Assembly (NCBI GenBank): GCA_020851795.1
Contig: JADZCA010000117.1
Coordinates: 8,021 to 72,020 of the forward strand
Source: Planctomycetota bacterium
GTDB lineage: Bacteria; Planctomycetota; PLA2; JAEUHO01
Direction: 5' to 3'
DNA: 64,000 nucleotides
Part shown: positions 56,115-64,000 of the stretch, in pieces
Numbering within the stretch: the first letter of the stretch is position 1
Layout: each line of letters opens with the position of its first letter
Made by a program: the position numbers and the translations under genes
The notes under the pieces: model-generated
The model's database searches: none
Seen by the model: the letters and a program-made list of their open reading frames with translations, nothing else
Told to the model about the DNA's origin: nothing

Positions 56115-59100
56115 TCAGCGGGCTCCGTCACCCGCGGCGCCGTCGCGACCGCGGGGCGGCACGGCGGCGACTCGCTCGCCGTCGTCGGGCACGCCCCACA
56201 GCACGAACGCCGCCCAGTGCGCGGGGTGCGCCCACGCGCCGCCGGCGGCGAGCAGCGAGCGCTGCGCCTCGCGCAGCGCCGCGGCGGGCCCCAGCGCGCC
56301 CTTCTCGAACCCCTCGTAGAACCGGCGCATCAGCGCGCGGCTGCTCTCGTCGGACACCACCCACGACGTCGTGACGACGCGCGGCGCGCCCGCGAGGAAG
56401 AAGGCGCGCGCGAAGCCGACGACGCCCTCGCCCTTCATCGACGCCCCGCGGCCCGTCGAGCAGGCGGAGAGCACGACGAGGTCGGCCGACGTCCGCAACC
56501 GGTAGAGGTCGTCGAGGTCCACGGGCGCGCCGCCGGCGAGCACGAGCGCGGAGCGACGCGGCTGGTCGGGGTCCACGAACGCGTGCGCCGCGACGTGCAC
56601 CGCGCGCAGGCGCGCCTTCGGGCGCGAGATCGCGTCCACGAACGCGGTCGCCGTCGCGCCCGCGCCGAGCAGCAGCGTCCTCGCGTCCGCGGGGAACAGC
56701 GCGGCGATCTCGCGGACCTCGGCCGCGCTCTCCGGCAGGGGCGGCAGCGCGGGCCCGCCCGCGGGCCCGTAGTCGGGGTCGCCCACCGCGACGAGTGTGC
56801 GTCCGCGCGGCACCGCGGCCTCGCGCGCCAGGGCCTCCAGCACCGTCGCGGACGGGACGAGCACGACGTCGCGCGACGCGACGAGGCGCTCGGCGCGCCC
56901 GTCGCGGGACTCGAGCAGCGCGGCGAACGGGAGGAACGCGAGCGGGCCGTCGGGGGAGACGAGCAGCCTCGACGGCCGCCCGGCCGCGGCGTCCACCGGC
57001 GCCACGAGCACGTCGAAGAGCCGGCGCGCGAGCGCCGTGTCGTCCGCGCCCGGCGTCGCGACGAGCGCGAGCCACGCCTCGGCGTCGGCGAGGGTCGGCG
57101 CGGCGTCGGAGAGGCGCAGCAGCGAACCGCCGTCGCGCGTCCACACGACCGCGTAGAGCGCCGTGGGCGTCGCGTGGTAGACGACGAGCGCGTCGCCGGG
57201 AGCGAGACGCGCGCGCACGGCCTCCGAGGCGGGCGGGCGCGGGAACGCGACGCCGGCGAGGCGGCGGGCCTCGCGCTCGACGCGGCCGACCGCCTCGCGG
57301 TGCGCGAGCGCGGCGGCGTCGTAGGCCGCGCGCGCCTCCGCCACCGCACGCTCGTCGCCACGGGCGGAGGCCCGGACGAGCGCCGTGCGCGCGGCCCCGA
57401 GCGCGGAGCGCCGCGCGGCCTCCGCCGAGAGCGTCGCCGGCGCCACCTCGGCGGCGAGGAGCGCCTGCGCATTCGAGAGCCCCGCCGCGAGCAGCACCGC
57501 GCGCGAGGTCTCGACGAAGGTCCACGCGGCCTCGGCGGCGGCGCGGGGGTCTCTGCGGGCGACGGCCCACGCCGCCTCGACCCCGCCGTCGGCGACGCTT
57601 CGAACCGAGGGGAGCAGGCCCTCCGCGTCGAGCTCGCCCAGCCCCGAGGCGAGCCGCGCGTAGGTCTCCACGCACCGGCGGCCCGCTTCGATCGCCTCGG
57701 CGGGGCGTCCTTGGCGCAGCAGCACGCGGCCGAGCGCCCCCTCGACGTCGCCGGCCGTCTGCGAGGTGTCGCCGAGCACGGCGAGCTCGGCCGCCGCGCC
57801 TCGCTGCTCGGCCTCCGCGAGGTCGAGGCGCCCGAGCGCCTCCTGCGCGAGCCCGAGCTGCGAGCGGGCCGCCGCCGCCCGCACGAGGTTGCCGCCGGCG
57901 CGGTACTCCTCGCGGGCCCGTTCGAGCAGCGGGACGCCCTCCTGCGCCCGTCCGGCCACGCGCATCGTGCGCGCGAGCGCGGCCCGGGTGTCGGCGACCG
58001 ACTCCGGCGCCTCGCGCGACGCCTCCTTCGCGGCGAGCACCGCGCGCATCAGCTCGATCGCCTCGTCGCTGCGCCCGAGCGCGGGCAGGACGTTGGCGAG
58101 GTTGCCGCGCGCCAGCGTCGCGAGGCGCCGCTCGCCCAGCGCCTCGGCGATCGCGACGGCCTCGCGGTGCAGCTCGGCCGCGCGCTCGTCGTGGCCGAAG
58201 CGGCGCTCCACCGACCCGCGCAGCGTGAGCGCGAACGCGCGGACGGCCGAGCGCGGCGCGGCGACGGAGAGCGCCGCGTCGTAGGCGGAGGCCGCGGCGG
58301 CAAGACGGTCGGCGGTCATGTGCTCGCGGCCGATGCGCAGCAGCGCGCGCGCCGACTCTTCGGGGCGCGCGACCGAGCGCGCGAGGCGCTCCGCGTCCGC
58401 GAAGAGCCGGCGGGCCTCGTCGCGACGCCCCAGTCCGTCGGCCGCCGTGCCGACCGCGAGCGTGGCGAGCACCGAGAGCAGGAGCGCGCCGTCCTCGGCG
58501 GCGAGCGCGCGGGCCGACGTCGCCTCGTCGTACGCCTCGGCGTAGCGCCCGAAGGAGACGAGCAGCTCGGCGCGGCCCACGCGCAGCTCGGCCGCCCTCG
58601 ACGACATCCCGGCGGCGTCCACCGCCTCGACCGCGCGCGTCGCGAGCGCGAGCCCTTCCTCCGCGCGCCCGGCCTCGAAGGCCACGCTCGACACGAAGGA
58701 CGCCGCCCGCAGCTCTCCCATCGGCCACGGCACGCGGCGCGCCGTCTCGCAGGACCGAGCGGCCCACGCGAATGCGTCCGCGAGCCGCGCCTGCGCAGCC
58801 AGCGCGACGGCGAGGTCGAAGCAGAGGTCGGCGCCGTCCTTGCTGCGGGCGGCCTCGACGTCGGCGGTCGAGCGGACGGCCAGCGCCTCGAGCGAGGCGA
58901 GGTCGCCCCGCTCCCGCAGCGCGCGGGCGAGGTCGCTCGCGCGGTCGAGGCGGTCGAGGCGCTCGAGGTCGGGACGGGCGAGCGTGGCGAACGACGCCAC
59001 CCACGCGTCGGCGGCCATCCCGCGCGGCGACCCGCGCAGCGCGTCGGCCCAGGCGCGCGCCGCACGCAGCGGCACGCTCGCCGGGGCCTGCGGGGCGTCC

Positions 59101-59414
59101 GCGGGCGCGGCGAGCGCGAGCGCGACGTGGCGTGAGAGCAACCGCGCCGCGACCCACACGGGGTCCACGTCGAGCGCGGCGAGCCGCGCGACCGCGGCCG
59201 GGTCGCCCTCCCCGCCGCCCGACACCGCGGCGAGGAGGCCCTCCTCGACGCGCGTCACGACGGCGGCCTCCTCGTCGAGCGAGGCCCGCCGGCGCGGCGC
59301 GGCCGGCGCGGGCGCGTCGGCGGCGGACGAAGGCGCGGGCGGCGTCAGCGCGAGCGCGAGCCCCGCGACGAGCGCGAGCCCCCACGCGGTCCGGCGCGAG
59401 CGGGTCCCCGTCAT
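56115..59414 (-). CDS. secreted TPR-repeat CHAT-domain protease-like protein
   Basis: 1099 aa; signal peptide; TPR-like repeats; CHAT contexts VHVAAHAFVD and LVVLSACSTG; ATGA overlap with the upstream anti-sigma stop. Confidence 0.75.
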   Translation of the reverse strand: MTGTRSRRTAWGLALVAGLALALTPPAPSSAADAPAPAAPRRRASLDEEAAVVTRVEEGLLAAVSGGGEGDPAAVARLAALDVDPVWVAARLLSRHVALALAAPADAPQAPASVPLRAARAWADALRGSPRGMAADAWVASFATLARPDLERLDRLDRASDLARALRERGDLASLEALAVRSTADVEAARSKDGADLCFDLAVALAAQARLADAFAWAARSCETARRVPWPMGELRAASFVSSVAFEAGRAEEGLALATRAVEAVDAAGMSSRAAELRVGRAELLVSFGRYAEAYDEATSARALAAEDGALLLSVLATLAVGTAADGLGRRDEARRLFADAERLARSVARPEESARALLRIGREHMTADRLAAAASAYDAALSVAAPRSAVRAFALTLRGSVERRFGHDERAAELHREAVAIAEALGERRLATLARGNLANVLPALGRSDEAIELMRAVLAAKEASREAPESVADTRAALARTMRVAGRAQEGVPLLERAREEYRAGGNLVRAAAARSQLGLAQEALGRLDLAEAEQRGAAAELAVLGDTSQTAGDVEGALGRVLLRQGRPAEAIEAGRRCVETYARLASGLGELDAEGLLPSVRSVADGGVEAAWAVARRDPRAAAEAAWTFVETSRAVLLAAGLSNAQALLAAEVAPATLSAEAARRSALGAARTALVRASARGDERAVAEARAAYDAAALAHREAVGRVEREARRLAGVAFPRPPASEAVRARLAPGDALVVYHATPTALYAVVWTRDGGSLLRLSDAAPTLADAEAWLALVATPGADDTALARRLFDVLVAPVDAAAGRPSRLLVSPDGPLAFLPFAALLESRDGRAERLVASRDVVLVPSATVLEALAREAAVPRGRTLVAVGDPDYGPAGGPALPPLPESAAEVREIAALFPADARTLLLGAGATATAFVDAISRPKARLRAVHVAAHAFVDPDQPRRSALVLAGGAPVDLDDLYRLRTSADLVVLSACSTGRGASMKGEGVVGFARAFFLAGAPRVVTTSWVVSDESSRALMRRFYEGFEKGALGPAAALREAQRSLLAAGGAWAHPAHWAAFVLWGVPDDGERVAAVPPRGRDGAAGDGAR

Positions 59415-60361
59415 CGGACCGGCGGCGACGGGGGCGGCTCGTGCCCGAGGCGGCGACGGACGTGGCGCTCGACGTCGCGGGCGAGCGGGCCGTCGGCCAC
59501 GGCGCGCTGCTCGGCGGCGAGCCGCTCCGCCTCGACGACGTACCCGCGGCGCAGCGCGACCTGCGCGCCCACGAGCGCGCGCAGCGTCTCGGGGACCCGC
59601 GCCTTGATCTCGCGCAGCGTCTCCTTCCACCGCGCGACCGCGTCCGCGTCGGCGGTCGAGAAGGCGCGGCGCCCCTCGACGCGACCGAGCGCCGCCGTCG
59701 CCTCGACCGACCACGTGTACGCCGCGCCGGGCGCGAGCGGCGCGACGTCGGGCGGGTACGGCAGGAACGCGCCCGGCGTGCGCTTCGTCCACACGACCGC
59801 GCCGGCGCCGTCGCGCACGACGACCGTGTAGCCGGACACGCCCGGCACCGGCTGCCACGAGAACGCGGGTCGCGTCTCGAGCACCGCGCCCACGGGGGCG
59901 AAGGCGACGAGCCCGCCCCGCGTCGCGCTCTCGCCGCCGCGCGAGAGCTCGTCGGCGCCCAGCGGGGTCAGCCCGCCGAACAGGTCGGCGCGCGCCGCCC
60001 CGAGCGCGTCGAAGGCGGAGGCGACCTGCTGCGCCACCGGCGGCGCGTCGGCGCCGCGGCGCGACGCGGCGAAGAGGCCGACCCCGACGGCGACGAGCGC
60101 CGCCGCCGCGACCGCGAGCACCCGCCGCGACGGTCCGCGGCGGGCCCTCGCCGCCTCGAGCGACGGCAGCGGCGGCGCGACGGGCGAGCCGGCGGCGGCG
60201 GGCTCCGCGTCGAGCGCGGCGTGGACGGCCGCGACCACCGCGCCGCACGCGCGGCAGTCGGCGACGTGGCCGAGCAGGGCGTCCCGCCGCGCGACGGGGA
60301 GCCTCCCCTCGGCCAAGGCGGCGAGCTCGATGTCGTCAGGGCAGCGGGCGGGCTGGGTCAT
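59411..60361 (-). CDS. zinc-finger-type anti-sigma factor (membrane-spanning)
   Basis: 316 aa; N-terminal CPDDIELAALAEGRL...HVADCRAC; central TM (VLAVAAAALVAVGVGLF); extracytoplasmic C-terminus; ATGA overlap with the sigma stop. Confidence 0.55.
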   Translation of the reverse strand: MTQPARCPDDIELAALAEGRLPVARRDALLGHVADCRACGAVVAAVHAALDAEPAAAGSPVAPPLPSLEAARARRGPSRRVLAVAAAALVAVGVGLFAASRRGADAPPVAQQVASAFDALGAARADLFGGLTPLGADELSRGGESATRGGLVAFAPVGAVLETRPAFSWQPVPGVSGYTVVVRDGAGAVVWTKRTPGAFLPYPPDVAPLAPGAAYTWSVEATAALGRVEGRRAFSTADADAVARWKETLREIKARVPETLRALVGAQVALRRGYVVEAERLAAEQRAVADGPLARDVERHVRRRLGHEPPPSPPVR

Positions 60362-61284
60362 CCGTGCATCCCTCCACGGGAGGGCCCTCCACCGGTGGGA
60401 GCGACCGTCCCGTCCCGGGTTGCCAACCAACGTTGGACGACGTCGAGCGCGTCGCGGTCGGCCTCGGGACCCGCGTCCCCGCCCGCACCGAGGGTGCTCG
60501 CGACCACCGCCCGCACCTTCTCGACGACCTGCTGGACGAGCCGGGTCACGCGCGGGGGGCCCACGCCGAGCGTCCGGGCCAAGGCACGCTGCTCGAGCCC
60601 GTCGCGGAACTTCCCGACGAGCACGAACCGCTCGTTGGGCGTAGCGCGCGCCCACGCCGCCTCGAGCGCCGCGCGCAGCGCGGACGCCCGTTCGCGCCCG
60701 ACCGCGCCCTCGAGCGGGTCCCGACCCTCCCCCCGGGCGGGCGGCACCGGGGGATCCGAGGCGCCCGATCCGTCCCCCGGGTCCAGCGCCACCTCGGTGG
60801 CGCCGGGCGTCTTCTTCCCCCGCGCGTACACGCGCCGGGCGAGGATCGCCGCGAGCCACCCGAAGAGGCTGCCCGACCCGTCGAAGGTGCCGAGGACGGT
60901 GCGCGCGGCCCCCGACCGGGGGGCCAGCGCGAGGTCGCCGAGCACCTCGGTCGCCAGCGCGTCCGCGTCCACGGCGGAGCCGAGCATGCGCAGCGCCATG
61001 GCGCGCAGCCGCGGCGCGAAGTGTGCGTAGAAGGCGTCGAAGGCGCCGGGCACGCCGAGATCCGCGGCGACCGCGAGCCACAGGTCGCCGACCGCCCGGC
61101 GGGCCACCGCGTCGGCGACGGACTCGCCCTCGACGGGTCGGCGGGCCACCGCCGCGAGGACCGCGCGATCAAATCGTTCGGCGGTCAGCGCGAGCGAACC
61201 GTAGGCCGTGCGCCCGGCCGCCTCCCCCGCCCGCAAGAGCCGGGAGACCTCGGGGGTCGGCGACGGGGGGTCGGCGTCGGCCAT
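60358..61284 (-). CDS. ECF (sigma-70 family) RNA polymerase sigma factor
   Basis: 308 aa; sigma region-2-like segment (FDAFYAHFAPRLRAMALRMLG) and region-4-like HTH (ERFVLVGKFRDGLEQRALARTLGV). Confidence 0.7.
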   Translation of the reverse strand: MADADPPSPTPEVSRLLRAGEAAGRTAYGSLALTAERFDRAVLAAVARRPVEGESVADAVARRAVGDLWLAVAADLGVPGAFDAFYAHFAPRLRAMALRMLGSAVDADALATEVLGDLALAPRSGAARTVLGTFDGSGSLFGWLAAILARRVYARGKKTPGATEVALDPGDGSGASDPPVPPARGEGRDPLEGAVGRERASALRAALEAAWARATPNERFVLVGKFRDGLEQRALARTLGVGPPRVTRLVQQVVEKVRAVVASTLGAGGDAGPEADRDALDVVQRWLATRDGTVAPTGGGPSRGGMHG

Positions 61285-61451
61285 GGGGCGCGCGGCGACG
61301 GCGGAGGCGCGGCCTCCCGCTCCGTGGCGACGCGGGCGTCGATTCTACCGGCGGCCCGGGGCCTCCCGAGCCCGGCGACGGCACGCCGCAGTCCGGGGCA
61401 GAATCGCCGCGGGCCCCGCGTCGTGCCGCGGGGCCGCGGACGGAGGTCGCC

Positions 61452-63206
61452 TTGCGTCAGGTCGTGCTCGCGGGGGTGCTCGTCGCCGCGGCGGTCGTCG
61501 CGTTCTTCGTGCTGCGCAGCGGCAGGGACGCGGGCCCGCTCGTCGGCGACGGCGCCGACGAGCGCGCGGCCGACGCGCCGAAGGCGCCGGGGCTCGCGTC
61601 GGCGGGAGCGCCGCGCGACCCGCGCCCGGAGCAGCGGCCGGCCGACGGCGCGGGGCCCGGGGCGACGACGGAGCGCGAGGGCGACGGCGCCGACGCGGCC
61701 GCGATCACGGGAACCGTGGTGGACGCCGAGAGCGGCGCGCCGATCGCGGGTGCGACCGTCCTGATCGCGAGCGCGCGGACGCCGTGCGCCCTGCTCGTGG
61801 ACGACCGGGTCCTCGCGCCGCCGGCCGGGTCGCCCACCGCGTCCGCGTCCCGGTGGTTCCACGGGGCGCGCCCGGACTACGCGGCCTCGAGCACCGTCAC
61901 GCTCGCCGAGGGCCGGTTCGCGTCGCCGCCGCCCGACCCGCGCGCACCGCACGCCGACGTGCTCGTGCGCAAGCCCGGCTACCTCGTCGCGACCGCGTGC
62001 GACGTCGCGCCGGGCGTGCCGGTGACGGTGCGCCTGCGGCGCGGGCTGACGCTCGAGGGCGTCGTCGTGGACCTCAAGGGCGCGCCGGTCGCCGACGTCG
62101 TCGTGGACGCGAAGCCGCCGCGCGGCGAGCCGCCGGCGCCGGGGCGGCGCGAGGCGGCGACGAGCGACGCGGAGGGGCGCTTCGTCGTGTCGGGGCTCGT
62201 CGCGGGGCCGCTGTTCCTCGAGGCGACGCACGACCGCTACGTCGCGGACCCGCTCGGGCCGGTCGAGGCGGGGAGCAAGGGGCTGCGCATCGTGGTGCGG
62301 CCGGCGTTCCGCGTGGCGTTCCGCGTCACCACGGACAACGGGATCGCGCCCGACACGCCGACCGTCGAGTGGACGGTGCCCGGGGCGCCGCCGTGGCGCG
62401 GCGTCGAGCTCGTCGCGGAGAACCACGACAACGACCTGCCCGCCGAGGTCGAGTGGGCGCGCGCCGCGGGCGTGTTCGTGCTCGGGCCCGTCGTCGTGCC
62501 GGCGGGGCGTCCGACGGCGCGCTTCACGCTGAAGGCGATCGGCATGGAGCCGTGGACGTCGGACGCGGTGGACGTGCCCGAGGGGGGCGGCGGGACGACG
62601 CTCGACGTCGCCCTGCGGCGCGACCCCGACCTCGGGCGGGCGGTGGTCGCGGTCGAGAGCCGCGACGGGGCGCCGCTGTCGTTCGTCGGGGAGCGCTGCA
62701 CGATCGCGGTGGGGCGGCGCGACGGGAAGGCGGTGGACGCGGGCATCGTGTACCGGCCGGGCGAGCGGCTCGAGCTGCCGGCGCTGCTCGCGGGGCCGTG
62801 GCGTTTCGTCGTGCGCAGCCCGCGGCACGCGCCCGCGACCCTCGACCTCGACGTGGTGCCGGGCGCGCTCGCCGAGGGGCGCGTGGCGCTGGGCCCGCCG
62901 GCGAAGCTGCGCGTGCGGTTCACGGCGCCCGAGGCGACGGTGGTGAAGTTCCGCTTGATGCTCGGGCGCGAGCCGGCGTGGCCGTTCGTCGAGAACGCGG
63001 TCGCGAGCGACGGGGCTCCGGCCGACGAGACGGGCGGCGAGGAGCAGGTGCAGACGGCGGGGGCCGAGGGCGCGCTGCTCTCGGGCCTCGCGGCGGGGCG
63101 CTACACGGTCGAGCTGCTCTCCCCCGAGCTGAGCGCGCCCCCGACCGCGGTGGACCTCGTCGAGGGCGAGACGCGCGAGATCGAAGTCTCCCTCACCAAG
63201 CGCTGA
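61452..63206 (+). CDS. membrane-anchored protein with carboxypeptidase-regulatory-like domains
   Basis: ~584 aa from a TTG/GTG start; N-terminal TM VVLAGVLVAAAVVAFFVL; ITGTVVDAESGAPIAGATVLIA and LEGVVVDLKGAPVADVVVDA CarbopepD_reg-like units. Confidence 0.5.
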   Translation: MRQVVLAGVLVAAAVVAFFVLRSGRDAGPLVGDGADERAADAPKAPGLASAGAPRDPRPEQRPADGAGPGATTEREGDGADAAAITGTVVDAESGAPIAGATVLIASARTPCALLVDDRVLAPPAGSPTASASRWFHGARPDYAASSTVTLAEGRFASPPPDPRAPHADVLVRKPGYLVATACDVAPGVPVTVRLRRGLTLEGVVVDLKGAPVADVVVDAKPPRGEPPAPGRREAATSDAEGRFVVSGLVAGPLFLEATHDRYVADPLGPVEAGSKGLRIVVRPAFRVAFRVTTDNGIAPDTPTVEWTVPGAPPWRGVELVAENHDNDLPAEVEWARAAGVFVLGPVVVPAGRPTARFTLKAIGMEPWTSDAVDVPEGGGGTTLDVALRRDPDLGRAVVAVESRDGAPLSFVGERCTIAVGRRDGKAVDAGIVYRPGERLELPALLAGPWRFVVRSPRHAPATLDLDVVPGALAEGRVALGPPAKLRVRFTAPEATVVKFRLMLGREPAWPFVENAVASDGAPADETGGEEQVQTAGAEGALLSGLAAGRYTVELLSPELSAPPTAVDLVEGETREIEVSLTKR

Positions 63207-63334
63207 CACCCCCCAGATCGGTGCCACCCCCAGATCGGTGCCAGGCACCGCGCTGCGGTGCCTGGCACCGAACTGCGGCGCGGCGGCGGCGCGCAGAGGT
63301 GACGTCCCCCGGCGACGGCGTACGATTCTCCCCC

Positions 63335-64000
63335 ATGCGCCGCTCCGCCCTCGGATTCGCGTTCGTCGCCCTGACCGTCGCCTCGGGCCCCGCGACGTCG
63401 CACGCGACCGCCGACGACGTCCCGCCGCCGCCGGCTCCGGCGGTGCCGGCCACGCCGCCCGCGCCGCCGGCACCCGCGCCGCCGGCACCCGCGCCGGCCG
63501 CGCCTCCGGCGCCGACGCCCGCGGCTCCTGCGTCGAGCGCCGCGCCTAAGCTCGTGCTCGACCGCACGCTGCACGACTTCGGTCCGTGCAAGCAGAACGA
63601 CCGCGTGAAGGCCGACTTCACGGTGACGAACGCGGGCAGCGCGACGCTGCACGTCGCGAGCGTGCGGGGCGACTGCGGGTGCGCGAACGCGACGATCTCG
63701 CGCAAGGAGATCGAGGCGGGCGGGACCGCGACGGTGTCGGTGACGTTCGAGACGAACCGGTTCGTCGGGCCGATGACGAAGGCCCTGCGGATCATGTCGG
63801 ACGACCCCGAGCACCCCGAGACGGTCGTGACCCTCAAGGTGGACGTGTCGGCGGGGATCGTGCTCGGACCGCCCAACTTCTTCTTCAACATGGCGCTGGT
63901 CGGTGCGAAGCCGACGGCGACGGTGGACGCGAAGTGGAAGGAGGGCGTGGGCAAGCCGTTCAAGATCACGTCGGTCGAGTCGGCGAACCTGGTGCCGGCG
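63335..64000 (+). CDS. DUF1573 domain secreted protein (3' end outside window)
   Basis: ATG at 63335; signal peptide and Pro/Ala linker; LHDFGPCKQNDRVKADFTVTNAGSATLHVASVRGDCGCANA matches DUF1573; not in the ORF track because there is no stop in the window. Confidence 0.6.
   Translation, partial: MRRSALGFAFVALTVASGPATSHATADDVPPPPAPAVPATPPAPPAPAPPAPAPAAPPAPTPAAPASSAAPKLVLDRTLHDFGPCKQNDRVKADFTVTNAGSATLHVASVRGDCGCANATISRKEIEAGGTATVSVTFETNRFVGPMTKALRIMSDDPEHPETVVTLKVDVSAGIVLGPPNFFFNMALVGAKPTATVDAKWKEGVGKPFKITSVESANLVPA

Noticed and set aside
1-64000. CRISPR arrays, rRNA genes, IS elements/transposases, phage structural genes
   Set aside because: No short regularly spaced repeats with unique spacers, no rRNA-like conserved stretches, and no transposase, integrase or phage-like proteins were seen among the supportable ORFs.

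Overview
This window is about 72% GC and looks like a myxobacterial-type (deltaproteobacterial) chromosome. Many of the long six-frame ORFs are Arg/Ala/Gly/Pro-rich antisense artefacts of the GC content. I did not trust them unless they had a recognisable domain.

The supportable content falls into six blocks.

(1) 1-5040, plus strand: a TetR regulator tail, a sulfatase-like lipoprotein, an orphan lasso-peptide B2-like (transglutaminase-like) protease, a PilZ protein and a PurD-like ATP-grasp enzyme.

(2) 5060-7364, minus strand: a sulfur-relay trio TusA-like / DsrE / TusA-like::MetE-like fusion.

(3) 7475-11637, minus strand: a 1226-aa protein built of repeated carboxypeptidase-regulatory-like domains, followed by a tandem-duplicated Cys-rich small protein.

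(4) 11666-31471, all on the minus strand and largely translationally coupled through ATGA/GTGA start-stop overlaps: a roughly 20-kb ferredoxin-centred redox supercluster.
- korAB (two-subunit 2-oxoacid:ferredoxin oxidoreductase), then a hypothetical gene.
- rnfB, then a giant 1680-aa single-chain PFOR with a C-terminal ferredoxin-tipped extension.
- rnfC-D-G-E-A, a 47-aa NqrM-like ORF and apbE.
- porG, a GltD-like NAD(P)H oxidoreductase fused to a PorD ferredoxin domain, porA and porB.

(5) 31922-41537: secreted and membrane proteins, including an HExxH protein with PGMGDGP repeats, a VWA protein and a TPR-CHAT protein.

(6) 41608-49558: a lower-GC island of about 8 kb.
- It is bordered by a tRNA-Gly(CCC) 3'-half fragment.
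- It carries a HEAT-repeat lipoprotein, an Rhs/YD-like fragment, two 411-bp direct repeats (~96% identical), a recurring ~22-bp motif after each gene, and a secreted trypsin-like protease.
- I propose this as an integrative-element or cassette-array remnant of unknown function.

Downstream of the island are a dGTPase, a lipoprotein with a terminal CxxCH motif, and an FG-GAP lipoprotein. The window ends with an ECF sigma / anti-sigma / TPR-CHAT protease module joined by 4-nt overlaps, and a DUF1573 protein truncated at the window edge.

I saw no CRISPR array, no rRNA, and no intact tRNA.
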